Shown here in pieces: positions 27,101-38,900 of a stretch of 64,000 nucleotides of DNA. The notes under the pieces were generated by a model. That model was not told the DNA's origin. It ran no database searches and saw nothing but the letters and a program-made list of their open reading frames with translations. Position 1 is the first letter of the stretch; each line of letters begins with the position of its first letter. The stretch is from Mobula hypostoma (lineage: Eukaryota). The stretch is taken from positions 37,944,001-38,008,000 of the forward strand of contig NC_086110.1 of assembly GCF_963921235.1 (NCBI RefSeq), written 5' to 3'. Both the position numbers and the translations under genes were made by a program.

Positions 27101-29282
27101 CACGATCTCAGAATAAGGGGTAGGTTGTTTTGAACTGAAATGAAGAGAAATTTTTCAAGCAAAAGGTAATGACTCTTGGAATTTGCAACCCTGAAGCAAT
27201 ATGGATGAGCACCTTTTGAGTTCCTTCAAAACCCATCTGAATAGATTACTGAATATGAAAGGAATGAGGGAACATGGAGATAATGCAGGGAATTGGAAGT
27301 GAAAAGGGTCAGTAACTTTAATATTCTTGGCATTATTATACTAGATAACCAGCACCCGAGTGCCATTACAATGAAGACATGACAGTACCTTTACTTTCTT
27401 AGTTTGAACAGATTTGACATGACATCTAAAGCTTTGACAAACTTCTATAGATGCACAGTGGAGAGTATTCTGACTAGATGCATCATGGCCTGGTATGGAA
27501 GTGCCAATGCTCAAGAATGGAAAAGCCTACAAAAAGTGGTGAATACAGCCCAGTCCACCATTGGCAAAGCCCTCTCCACCACTGAGCACATCTTCAAGGA
27601 GCACTGCCACAAGACAGCAGCATCCATCCAGGACCCCTAGTACCCAGACCATGCTCTCTTCCCGCTGCTGCCACTGGAAAGAAAATACAGGACCCGTGGG
27701 TCCCACATCAAATTCAGAAATAGTTGTCACTCTTGAACTGTCAGGTTCTTGAACCTGCATAGATAACTTGACTCACCTTAACTCTGAAGTGATTCCACAA
27801 CATATGACCCTCACTTTCAAACACTCTACAACTCGTGCTCTCAGTATTATTTATTTATTTATTTATTTATTGTATGTGCACAGTTTGTATGCAAGTTGAA
27901 CTGACCAACATTGATCTACTTAATGGAGGTGAAGACACAGAGAGTGGCAGGAATGTTGATGGCATCAGATAGAGTGGTAGCAAGTTTGTAAGGAATCTGA
28001 ACACCATGCAATTTGCTGACATCAGTGTCCTGATTCTACTACAAGGCTACATCAAGGTGGGCATTTTCTAAACTTTTTATTTTTCAGGGCTAATAGCAAA
28101 CAGCTCGTGATTTTGAGCTAAGTGGGTGTCATCAAAGAATCAATGTAAAGGCTGCACTATCATCCCTCAATCCAGCTTCCCGCGACGGTACTTGTAAACT
28201 ACAATCAACTTCCATTATTCAACGGATTTCATATCTGAATGAAACCTGCTATTTCAATGGTTCAATGAAGCTGATCTAATGAACAGTTCTGTTTTTATTT
28301 TTTTTTCTACATGTCATCATACCTAGCTGGTAACACAAATATTATTACCCATTCCTCCATGTCCCTTAGCAGATTGGCTTGTTAAGACTATTTTCTGCTC
28401 TTGAGTCCAGGATCATATACACAGCATACAGGGTAGGATGAGTTATACTCTCCCGTTAGATACATTACTGAACCAGATGGGGATTCCAATATCAATCTGA
28501 TGGTTTTGTTGTTTTTGTTCCAGAGTATTAACTGAACTTAAATTCCAAGGACACCATTGCGATAGTAATTTAACCTCTGGCCCAATGCCTTGCCTATGAG
28601 CTAGATAAAATAACCCTTAATGTTTGATCAATAAACAAATCTGATTAGTCATCATTAAATCTGGAGATTTACCCTCTTTCAATACTGGAAACACTCAGCA
28701 TTGTTGACCGGGAGACCGGGAGTCAGAGTTAGAGTCTCTATCTGAAATTTTATAACACATTATTCCAGGAAATACGCAAATCAAGGAACTCTGGGAACGA
28801 GTGGTATTTTGTTTACAAGTGTCACATACCCTCAACTCTGAACAGTGCCGCTTCACTGATGCTAGATGTGGCAATAACTTTCACATCCTTAGATTCTAAC
28901 CACGGACATTTGCAAATGAAATGGAAGATGATACAATTGAAAGTTAGGCAATTGACAATTTAGCCAACCACTACGGATCCTGTTAGCCCTTTGCTCCAAT
29001 CTATGCAGATAATAGGTGCGCACAGGAGCTGGAGTGATTTAATACTCACGATCCCGGCATCGACGTAGGTGGCCGCTTCCTCGCACGCCTTCTCCATTAT
29101 CTGAGCCAAGGAGAACCGGTGCAGAGGAGCTCCTGACGGGAGAAGGCAGAGAATGAGACGGGGACCACTAGCGGAAAGGAGGCCGCCGGCACCTCGGGAT
29201 CGGGCTCACCTGGCAGCGCTTGCAGATGCACCATTCCCAGTACCGCACAGCGCACCGAACCCCACAGCTGCCGGAGCCGCAT
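11072..29282 (-). CDS. BtpA/SgcQ-family TIM-barrel protein (F13E9.13-like), 6 coding exons, 268 aa
   Basis: complement(join 29210-29282, 29050-29132, 26364-26544, 24502-24652, 15232-15359, 11072-11262) = 807 nt; all introns GT-AG with consistent phases. The translation MRLRQLWGSVRCAVLGMVHLQALPGAP...GIDGLIVENMHDIPY...PLGVQIL...DFIRVEGF...TDIKKKHSSH...SDGVILTGVATG...IPVLIGSGVTYEN...DAFIIGSHFKRAGYWANELDPERIKKFM...RK* carries the BtpA family motifs in order. Confidence 0.92.
11565..11855 (+). mobile_element. tRNA-derived V-type SINE with CR1-like tail
   Basis: A box (GGTAGCGTAGGGGTTAG), B box (GGAGTTCAAATC), V-domain-like CTCCCAGTGTCCAAAGACATAC, tail GGACCGGAAGGGCCTATTCTG followed by an A-rich end. 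Confidence 0.75.
12600..14765 (+). mobile_element. Cluster of old CR1 fragments
   Basis: Degenerate CR1 landmarks GATTGGAAAACAGCCAATGTAAC, GTGAGGCCACATCTGGAATACTG and tail GGCCTACTCCTGCTCC; interrupted by the MITE below. Confidence 0.7.
14106..14619. mobile_element. Tc1-derived MITE-like element
   Basis: Ends resembling CAGTACTGTGCAAAAGTCTTAGGCAC in inverted orientation, with inner inverted copies (TAGCTAGGGTGCC / GGCACCCTAGCTA); TA flanks. Confidence 0.55.
16035..16290 (+). mobile_element. Penelope-like 3' terminus inside an old CR1 (15820-16550)
   Basis: CCTGATGAAGGGCTTCGG...TAGATGCTGCCTGG...AGCATCTGCAG terminal motif; CR1 sequence on both sides. Confidence 0.65.
17217..19345. mobile_element. 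Tigger/pogo-like DNA transposon remnant hosting a Penelope insertion
   Basis: Imperfect TIRs CAGTGGATTCCAGTTAACTGG and CCAGTTAAACATAATTCACTG; acidic transposase-like tail YEEFKGINNHLERYNENEDLEDTIVESI on the minus strand. Confidence 0.55.
17798..19034 (-). mobile_element. Penelope-like element, 5'-truncated (RT thumb + GIY-YIG endonuclease)
   Basis: ORFs 18594-18932 (FKERGFP..RVPLVLSYHP) and 18195-18593 ([43 protein letters not shown]); 10-bp target duplication AACAAAACAG at 17788-17797 and 19035-19044. Confidence 0.92.
22565..23040 (-). mobile_element. CR1 LINE 3' fragment
   Basis: Standard CR1 3' end (CTCTATCAGGTCACCTCTCATCCTCC, CACCACTCTCTGTGTGAAAAACTTACC) and (AACACAGA)n tail. Confidence 0.8.
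23176..23913 (-). mobile_element. Penelope-like element fragment (GIY-YIG + 3' terminal repeat)
   Basis: ORF 23575-23901 [36 protein letters not shown]; near-identical to 18195-18530. Confidence 0.9.
23240..23275 (-). ncRNA. Minimal type I hammerhead ribozyme motif in the Penelope terminus
   Basis: Minus strand AGTC-CTGACGA-AGG(GTCTGGG)CCT-GAAA-CG-TC-GACT: stem I AGUC/GACU, core CUGACGA, stem II AGG/CCU, GAAA, loopless palindromic stem III, GUC cleavage triplet. Confidence 0.7.
25000..25355 (-). mobile_element. CR1 LINE 3' fragment
   Basis: ORF 25091-25339 FRTERRRYFFSQRMVNLWNSLP. Confidence 0.85.
25888..26202 (+). mobile_element. tRNA-derived SINE with RTE-like tail and target-site duplication
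   Basis: A box GGCCAAGTGGTTAAGG, B box GTTCGAGCC, core TGTCCTTGAGCACGGCACTTAA; TSD AGTTAATATC at 25878-25887 and 26203-26212. Confidence 0.85.
27310..27890 (+). mobile_element. Rex/Babar-type LINE 3' fragment
   Basis: ORF 27404-27640 LTNFYRCTVESILTRCIMAWYG..LQKVVNTAQ; (TTAT)n tract. Confidence 0.8.
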
Positions 29283-29929
29283 AGTGGCCCGGCTCCGGGA
29301 TACAGACCCCAGCCGGCGGCACCCCCGCTAACCGGGAAGTGAATTAGGTGAGCCGCTAAGGAGGCGGAGCCTAGAGTGCGCGGAGGGGGTGGGGCTTGGG
29401 GAGTGGAGGGGCGGGGCCTAATGATCATTTCCTCCGGTGGACAGCGCGCGCTCCTCTCTCCCGCCAGCGATTTAAAGGGATCGGCGCATGCGCACTGAAG
29501 CATATCTGCCGGGATTTTTTTTCCGCGGTAGCAGCCGGCGAAGGTGGAGGAGTCCCGGCCAGGGGGGGTCACTGGTATATAGTACGGACAGTGGCCGTCG
29601 GCAGCAGCATCGGTCACTGAGCTGGCTGTCGGATTGCCGCTTCGTCAGCTGCAGCTGGCCCCGTCTGTTCCCGGTACGTTAGTGAGGGGGGATGCGGTGG
29701 GAGAGGTGAGGGTGCCGGTAGCCATCTTCGGATGTGTGGCCAGAGCGGCCCCTTCTCCCGATATCAGTAGTGTGACTGGGCTGGGTGGTGGAGCCCATCC
29801 CCACCCCGCGCCTCCCATCTCCATTTCAAGCCCCTAAACTGCGGCCAAGTTAATGAGCAACATAACTCACTGTGGCCCTGTTCTCTCCCAATTACAGGAT
29901 AACTTTCACCCACACATCCCGCTCCGAAG
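29283..29929. promoter_or_regulatory. CpG-island bidirectional promoter shared by the BtpA-family gene and CCNE1, including the CCNE1 non-coding first exon
   Basis: CpG-rich island in an otherwise CpG-poor window. GC box GGGGCGGGGC 29408-29417; NRF1-type GCGCATGCGCA 29484-29494; E2F-like TCTCCCGCC (~29457) and TTTTCCGCGG (~29519); likely exon 1 donor CCG|GTACGT at ~29673; exon 2 acceptor TTACAG|G at 29898. Confidence 0.8.
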
Positions 29930-32900
29930 ATGCCCAAGAAAAGGTACCTTTTAATCTGCCTGCGTGTCCTAAATGATTGCCATGCCTATCGTCAGAGGCC
30001 TAATCTGTGATGTTACTCGCCACGTTTAAGTCTTTTTTCTTTCCCTCCTCTCAGTGATAGAATAGAAGAACATTCAACAAAGACCGAAAAAACAAGTGAA
30101 GTTCTGCGATCCAGAAAGCGAAAAGCAGATGTTGCTATTGTGAGTTTGACCGCACGTAAATGTGCTATTGTGTTAACACGTTGCCTAAAACTAGATTTGG
30201 TAATCATTTTTTTAAAATCGTAGTGTTTACAAGATTTTGATGAAGTTACCGAAGAACTGGCAACGAACACGTTTAAAGATAAGGTAATGGCATATTGGAT
30301 TCGGTCTCTCTACGCTGAATTACCAATTTCTCTCGGTGGAAATGCTAAAGTTTCATTAAACCCCTCTCATAAGGAGGGAGAAGGCAGTATCGGAATATTA
30401 TTGTAGTATTTAGCCTAACTTTCATGTGCATGTGAGTACAGATTCAATAGGATCTTTATTCTAGAGTTGGTTGCATTTTATAGTTGCTTGTGGGCCCACT
30501 GACAAAATGATCCACCATTATCCCATATCTAATGTAAAATTCTATTTAAAGTATTCCATACAAAGTTAAATCTCATTCGCAGTTCTTTCATTTTTCAACC
30601 TTTATGGTTCATAAATGTTCCAATCTTTAATTATACATTGGCTTTCCTTTGACCAGTCCAAAATGAGGCTTCCTTTTAGCAAATTCTGCAACTTGACATC
30701 TTAAAGGCCCTTCAAGCCATCCACTGTTTACTGTTGCTGCCATCTAGTGAGAATAAGTATAATTGCGCTATACTCTATTTGCTAGTTTATCCTACCAGAC
30801 CTCTAGGTCGCAGTAACTGGTCAAACACCAACCCTTCCGCCTTGATTATATAATTTTGGTCTGTCTAAATATTGTGCTGAATTTCTAGATCATCTTCTTT
30901 TCCTTTGTTTGCAGCACCGATTAACTTCTGATTTGAACCTTCACCTGGTCACCAAGCTAACTGCAAACCCTTGAAAACCATGTTCTTCACAACTCACTGG
31001 GTTTTATATCACTTGAACTTAAATCAATAAACAGTCTATTTTTGAGCAATTTCTGTTTGGATTGTAGCCACTTCTGAGACCCAACTCGAGTTCAGCTTGG
31101 CTTTTCAGAAGCCAGTGTCAGCTGACATTGCTGACTGGATCTTTAGTTTTAATTTCGACTTTCGAATCGACCATGATATAACTGTAAATTCCTATCCTGC
31201 TTTAAGTCTCTTGCCCATCCAAAATTAAATCTGGCTCTTGCCAATTTTATTTATTTAGTGAGAGAGCACGAACAGACCCTTCTGGCCCACAAGCCCAGCA
31301 ACTAACCTATTTAACACTGGCCATATTTCTGGACAATTTACAATGACTAGCCTCTACCTCTTTGGTCTGTGAGAGGAAACTCACAGGGAGAATTCTTTGC
31401 TTGCTACAGTCTAACACCATCAAAGTATCAAAATGGCAGTTCTCAGACATGAACGTGATTCTTTCTTCCCTTTTGTCTGTGATAAATATTTTAAAAATTT
31501 ATCTACACACAGCCTTCAATGCAGTTGATCAGTTCAGCATGTGAAGTTGTGATCAGAAAATCACCTGCAGTAGTTTCACTTCCTCTGGGTATCTAATCTT
31601 ATTTCTACCACATGGTTGATTATAGCATTTGAAAAAGCATTGGGTTTCATATGTATGCAGCTGACATTTCTTTTATTCCTACTCTGCAGTCTTTCAGCCC
31701 AACCTTCCAGATTGTCTTGCACATTTTTTTTGATTTTCTACAATTTCTAAAGGACTGGTCACCAGGATTTTGTGGTGTGTGCTGCTTTAGAGACCCTTGT
31801 GTAACTAGTAAGATGTATTTTTCCCCTCCAGATATGTGTCTCAATCAGTATCCTGGTGTTTAGTTTTACTTTTGTGCATTTTGGATTACACAAAGCTTAG
31901 TTTGCAGTGCAGACCAGCTATTTTCTGACCTGTAACAAAATTTAAACATTGAATCAACATTTTGTAATGACAATGACCAAAGTACCTTTCCATTTGTAGA
32001 AATCGTGGATCAAATACAGCTTAATCTCTTTATCATGTAGTGCCTTGCCTATTTAAGTGTAATTTTAACATCTTTTCTCTCATTTTCTTGAGGGCATTGC
32101 TTAAAGAATATAGGTTAGCGATCAGTTTGTTATTAGAGTGCTCATGCATATTTGCAGGATGATCTCTCAATTTGAGTATTGTAATATAATAAGTTTGATT
32201 CAATGCTATCCTTTTCCTGCTACAGATACTGATTGTAGGAACATCATTACCTATTCTCTTCACATTTTAGATGCCAGAAACAGTTCTGACTTGGTGAAAA
32301 TAGGCATCATTAGTAAGGCCAACTAATGCCCATCCTTAATTGCCCTAAGGTAAAGGTTCCTAACCTGGTGTCCATGGACCACTCTATTAATGGTAGGGGT
32401 CTAAGGCATTAAAGTTTAAAATCCCTTCCATAAGGTGATAGTGAAATGCTGCTGTCCATAAAGTGGCATTTTCAAGATTTGGAAGGATTGTTCCAAGTCA
32501 AGGTTGTACATGATTTGGGAGAGCAAACTTGGTGCTGGGGATTTCATAGCATTTTTTTTCATTACTCTCCTCCTGTGAAGTTTTTAATGTTTTAGCTATG
32601 GTGTGCTTAAAACTGAGGGATTACAGAAATATTTCTGTGGCAGATGGTGTACAATCCAGCAGGGTATTTTGAGTTTGTAATGGCACTGCAAACTACTGTG
32701 CCATGCAGGTGGCAGAAAGACTAGTTGGACAGAACACGAAAAATGTGATTGCTGGCCCGCTCTTCTCCCCATACATTGGTGTCTCCCAGTTGGGATGGCT
32801 TAATAATGGTTACTTGTACAAGTTCCCCTGATACTTGAGTAATTCAGTTCACCTATAATGTGCTAGTGGTGAAGATGACTCTGGGTATACCTCCAAATGT

Positions 32901-35900
32901 TTGAAGATGATTTTTGACAGGTGATTGAACTATTGAAGTTTAGTACCTAGATATTTGTTTGGTGGTGTTGTCTTACAGCCATTTGACTTCAGACATTGGA
33001 GTAACAAATTTGAGTAAGAGTTTATTCTGCTACTTGGCAAAATCATGACTGATCTTGGATCTTGATCCACACTAGCCTTTTCTCCATATTCATTTAACAT
33101 TTTTTAAAAGCAAAGCTCCTTTACCAAATAACAAAGTGGTTGTGCTTTAATGACAATACAACAGTTTGATGGTCCCCTTTTGTTGATATTAGTAGTTTAT
33201 TAAATTTGGAAGAAGTTAAGTTCTTCAGTTGCCATGGTGGAATCTGAACACTCGAGTGACTTTTTTTTCCAGAATTGCAATTCATCACAATTAATCAATC
33301 CAGTAATCAGGTGCATTTTGTCAGTGCAGTTTGAGAAGCTGTCAAAACTCTCTATTATTATCAGAATGGAAGCTTGTAAAATCACTTAACCATTTCAATC
33401 CCATGACAGGAACAGGTGTAGTATCCAGAATGATGTATGGGGGAAGGTGATATTAAAATTTGGGGAAGACGATCCAAGCAACATTGCTATGCTAGCTCTA
33501 GACTTTGCCATCATGAGCTAAGTACATGCTAAATCTTGGAAAGTGTTATGCATCTGTAAAATTCACTTTAATTGCAGGATTGCTGGAATATTAAAACCAA
33601 CTGTGCAAGTCCTTCCAGATTCACTTCATTGTCACACAAAAATTCAGATGGCATGATAACATCATATTCCACAAGTAATATACAGTGCAAGTTCAAAAAT
33701 GTCTTAGCCACCCCAACTAGAGCTTCACCATTACCTGTCTTCTGGTAAGTTTATTCACTTGTACCATAGATTTGTGTACCTTAAATTCTCATTCCAATGA
33801 GACTGGCAACTTGAATAATGGCCAGATAATGTATTTACACAATCTTATTTTTAAAAATGTTAACAGCTGGGCAAATAGAGATGAGGTATGGAATATTCTT
33901 CTGAAAAAAGAACAGATGTATTTGAGAGACAAAGATGTTTTACAAAAACATCCTCTCTTGCAACCGAAGATGAGGGCTATTCTTTTGGACTGGTTAATGG
34001 AGGTAAGGCACCACTTGGAGCATTAATTATTCTGGTTAGACTTAATTATTAAACCAATAAGTGATTTTTAAAAAATTCAAAATCTAAAACCATTGTTTAT
34101 TAATTCTGAGTACTGGCAAAGTTATCAATGAGTTGCTCCACTCCTTATTACAGCATTTGGTCATCAGGATTTTGAACCACAGGGAATGGGTCCAAGTCAA
34201 AGTGTTTGAATAATCTATGAAGTACAGTTGCAACATTAATTAAAGAACTAGTTCAATCTGCCAAACAAGATGCTGCAAGAGGCAAGAAATCTGGAAAAGG
34301 ATGAATACTGAGAAATGTGGAGAGTTAATGTTTTTGGTTGATAATCTAGTGATAACTGTATAAGTGTGCAGCAATTGTGCACTGCAGGAATGGTATTTAT
34401 GTTCTTTGCAATGATAATTGTACAAATATTACAAATAGGAATTTGTCATTGAAAAACTTGCTATCTATTAATTTTGAATTTTTAAACTATTGTAAAGGTT
34501 TGCGAAGCCTACAAGCTACACAGAGAAACATTTTATTTAGCCCAGGACTACTTTGATAGATTTATGGCAACACAGAACAACATTGTAAAGACACGATTGC
34601 AGCTTATTGGTATTTCATCTTTATTTATTGCTGCAAAGCTGGAGGTATGGTAACATTTACAAACAATCTAAGAATTGAGTATTTTTTCCATTTAGCAACA
34701 GGACACTTAATTCTCTAACATTTTGCAGGAAATATACCCACCAAAGTTGCATCAGTTTGCCTTTGTTACTGATGGGGCTTGCACAGAAGAAGAAATTCTC
34801 AATATGGAACTTGTTATTTTGAAGGTACTTTAATTTTAAGTATTTCCAATAATGGCTAATATACACGATGGCTATATTAAAATAAGCCATTTTTGCTCCA
34901 CCTTGAATGGAATAACATCTGAAACATATCACCATTGTTCTGAAATATTTGCAAATGCTATTAATTCAGCTCAATTCTATGTAGCAAATTATCCACTATT
35001 TTTAAATTATTCTAGGCTCTGAAATGGAGTTTGTGTCCTGTAACCATTGTGTCTTGGCTCAATATCTACATGCAAGTTGCTTATTTCAAAGAAAAGTACG
35101 AAGTACTGATTCCACAATACCCCCAGGAAATATTTGTTCAAGTAATGGAGGTAAACCCATTTTTAATCAATTATTTTAGCTGCTATTAACAAATCAGGAT
35201 GGTAATTATGCTTTTAAATGTCCCTCAGTTTGATATCTGTGCTTAATATATTACAGTGCAACTTCAACATTTTTGGGGTTATGATATGACAAGTTGAAGG
35301 AAATTGCTGTTTAACTGTCTGGCTCAAGCTCTGTTTTGAACACTGAACAGCTTTGCTCCAAATATACAAATGAAAACTGACCAATCTCCAATCCACTGCT
35401 ACCAACCTCCACCCCTCCATTGGTTTCTACCTCCTACCAAGATTTATATACCTAACTTCCCCATACGGGTATTGTTTCTGCCCGGTCCTACGCTACTGAA
35501 CTCATGTCCACATTGTTCGACTTAATTTTGCTTTCTGCACCCCCCCCCCCCCGCCGCAAGGTTTAGCTCCTGACAACCTACATCTGACTTCACATGTTCT
35601 CTCACTTCGATCACCCTCAGGTGACGCAACCCTTCACCTGTGAGTCAGTCGGGCTCATCTATTGCATCCAGTGCTCCTACAGCAGCCTGTACATCAGTGA
35701 GCTGAACACACTTTTGTTTGTCAAGCACCTTAGCTGTCTGCTGCAAAAGGCACAATCTCACAATGGCCACCCATTTCAATTTGACTTCCCATACTGATGT
35801 GTAAACATGGTCTCCTTTACTACCATGCCAACTTCAAACTTGGAATGGCAAGCAAAACCTCATTCCATCTGGGTAGCCTCCAACCTGACGGCAGGAACAT

Positions 35901-38900
35901 TAAATCCTTTAACCTATAATAATTTCTCCTCCCTCCCTCCCCTTTTTCCATTCCCTATTCTGTTTATCTCCTCACCAGTTCACTTCTCCTTGTCTTCCCA
36001 TAACCTCCCTCCTGTTTCTCCTCCCCATTTCCTTTCATAGTCTGCTATCCTCGATCAGATTCCTTCCTCAGCCCCCTAGCCCCTCCCAGCTTATTTCATT
36101 CTCGCTCCCCCACCCACCTTCCCCCTCAACCTGATTTTTACCCATCACAAACCCACTTGTCTTCCTTCCCCTACCCTTTCGTTATTCTGGCTCTTACCTT
36201 TTTTTCTGAAGTGTTTGGCACAAAACACCAACTATTTCCCTCCATAGATGCTGCCTGACTTGCTGAGTTGCTCCAGCATTATATGTTAGTGAAGGTTTCC
36301 AGTATCTGCAGAATCTCGTGTTAATGACAATACTATTCTCAATATACATTTAAAAATATAATCAGATGCTGGCTTTCTCCAGAATTGGAGAAACGGTTGG
36401 GGGGGGGGGTGGGGAGCATCATTCAAAGTTGTTCCTGATTACAGAAAATACTAAGTCAAATATGCATGTTGATTCTATGGACAAGAACAATTTGATTAAA
36501 CTCTTCAATATACTAGATGTATGGGAGTCAGGGTAGAAGGATGAATACAAAATAGTCAACCTCTACTGCTTTAAGTTTGTGTAATGGTAAAATGGTGGCA
36601 CACTTTTATTTACGATCACAAGACATTCAGAATGTAAATAGTGTGGGTCTACTCCATCAGTGAGTTGCTCCTTGTCAGAGGAACTTAAGGTGCGGATTGT
36701 GCTGCTGCCTGCATCAGAGGCATTGGAGAGGATGTGCAATCTAACTGCGGGTGATCATCCTAGTTGCTTTTCTTGTGATGCAAGACCCTGTTGGACACTT
36801 ATTAATGTGAAATGCTGCACATCAATTCACTGGTTTATTGGCAAATGGCTGGGGAGCTGTGGCCTCAGTCTTAGATACACTGTCACCTGTTTGCAGCTGG
36901 CCAAGACAGAGGCTTTGAAGTTGGTGCGCTCCACCAGCGGCAGTGTGACATACACGTTGGAGTCCATGCTGTCCTGTGCTCACTTAGCAGAGGGCAGGAT
37001 GTAGTTTGTCTGCACATTACAACATTCATGGACTCAGGGATTTGGACTGACTGTATTTTACAGCTGTCTTATGTGCTGTGTGTGACTCTGTTTTGTTTGA
37101 CTCTATTCATAGGTATTCATGTATGCTTGAACTTGATAACAGCCAAACTTTTTGCTCTCTCAATAGCTATTGGATCTCTGTATTTTGGATCTCAAATGTT
37201 TGGAGTTCACGTATGGAGTTGTAGCAGCTTCAGCTTTGTATTACTTTTCTTCCTGTGACCTAGTTCACAAAGCATCAGGTACAGTGACATTTCTGGTTGT
37301 GTACACGGTGGTCCGATGGTCCACATGTAAACTTAATTATTAACAACCATTTAATGCATAGGTTTTGAGTGGAGTGAAATAGAAGGATGTGTAAGATGGA
37401 TGATTCCATTCACCATGGCCTTGAGGGAAGCAGGAAACATAACAATGAAGAACTTGAAAGGTGTCTGTTCTGAGGATATGCACAACATACAGATACACTC
37501 CAACAATTTATCGTTATTGGTAAGTTTTATTTTGTATGCACAGGACCAGGCATTTTGACTTTGATCTGTACCATTAGTACACTGTGGTGGGGGGAGAAGG
37601 AATAGTGCATTCACAATTGCAAGAAAATTGTAAACCCTTTGCAATTACCTGGTTTTCTGCATTAATTACACTTAAAATGTGATCTGGCCTTCATCTAAGT
37701 CACAGTAAGACACACAATCTCATTCAAACTAATGAAACAAAACAATTGTACTTTCCATATCCTTACTGAACACTGTTTCATCATTCGGTCTGGGCTGGAA
37801 AAATTGTGAACCCTTGTATTTAAAACTGGTAGAACCTCCTTTAGCAGCAATAACCTCCACCAAACATTTCATGTAGCTTCTGCTCAGACTTGCACAATGG
37901 CAAGGAGAAAGTTCAGACCATTGCTCCATACAAAATTGTTTTGGTCATCAATATTTCTGGGATACCTTGCATGAACAGCCCTCTTCAGGTCAAGCCACAG
38001 CATTTCATTTGGGTTAAGGTCTGGACTCTGACTTGGCCATTTCAAAACGCACTTTCTTTTTAAACCATTGTTTAAACTGTCGTTGATTTACTCGTGTTTC
38101 AGATCATCTTCTTGTTGCATCATCCAACTTCAGGTGACAGACTACTACCCTGACATTCTCCTGAAATGTCTTGTTACAATTTTGAATTCATTTTTTTCCC
38201 CTCAATGACAGTAAGTTGTCCAGACCCTGAGGCAGCAAAGCAGTCCCAAACAATGATGCTCCTTCCACCATGCTTCACAGTCAGGATGAGATTTTGGTGT
38301 TAGTGTGCGGTGCCCTTTTCCCTCCAAACATGGTGGTGTGCATTTCAGCCAAAAAGTTCAACTTTTATCTTATCTGCCCATAAAATATTGTCCCAGAAGC
38401 ATTGTAGAACATCTAGGTAGTCTTTTGCAAACATGAGATGTGCAGCAATTTATTTTTGGAGAGCAGTGGTTTCCTCCATGGTGTCCTTCCATGAACACCA
38501 TTCTTGTTCAGTGTTTTTCTTGTAGTGAACACATGAATGAGGTTAACATAGTGCACTCTTAACATAGTGGTGTGCACTACTGCCAAAAAGTTTCAAGTTT
38601 GTAAAAGTTTAACAAGCAGCAATATTTGTTCGTTGTTTTTTTTGAGAACAATCGTTTCCTCCATGGTGTCATTCCATATCATTCTTGTTCAGTGTTTCTC
38701 TTACAGTGGACACATGAACAGAGACTGTAGCAACTTCTAGAGATTTCTACAGGCCCTTTGCTGTTACCCTTGGGTTCTTTTTCACCTCCATCAACATTGC
38801 ACGTTGTGCTCTTGATGTGATCTTTGCAGGATGCCCACTCCTAGGGAGAGAAGCAACAGGACTGAATTTTCTCCATTTGTAGACAATTTATCTTTAGTGT

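Noticed and set aside
33273-33310. Possible extra CCNE1 exon (TTTTCCAG...CAG|GTGCAT)
   Set aside because: 38 nt would break the frame; the true exon 4 (CLQDFDE...) was found at 30224-30283.
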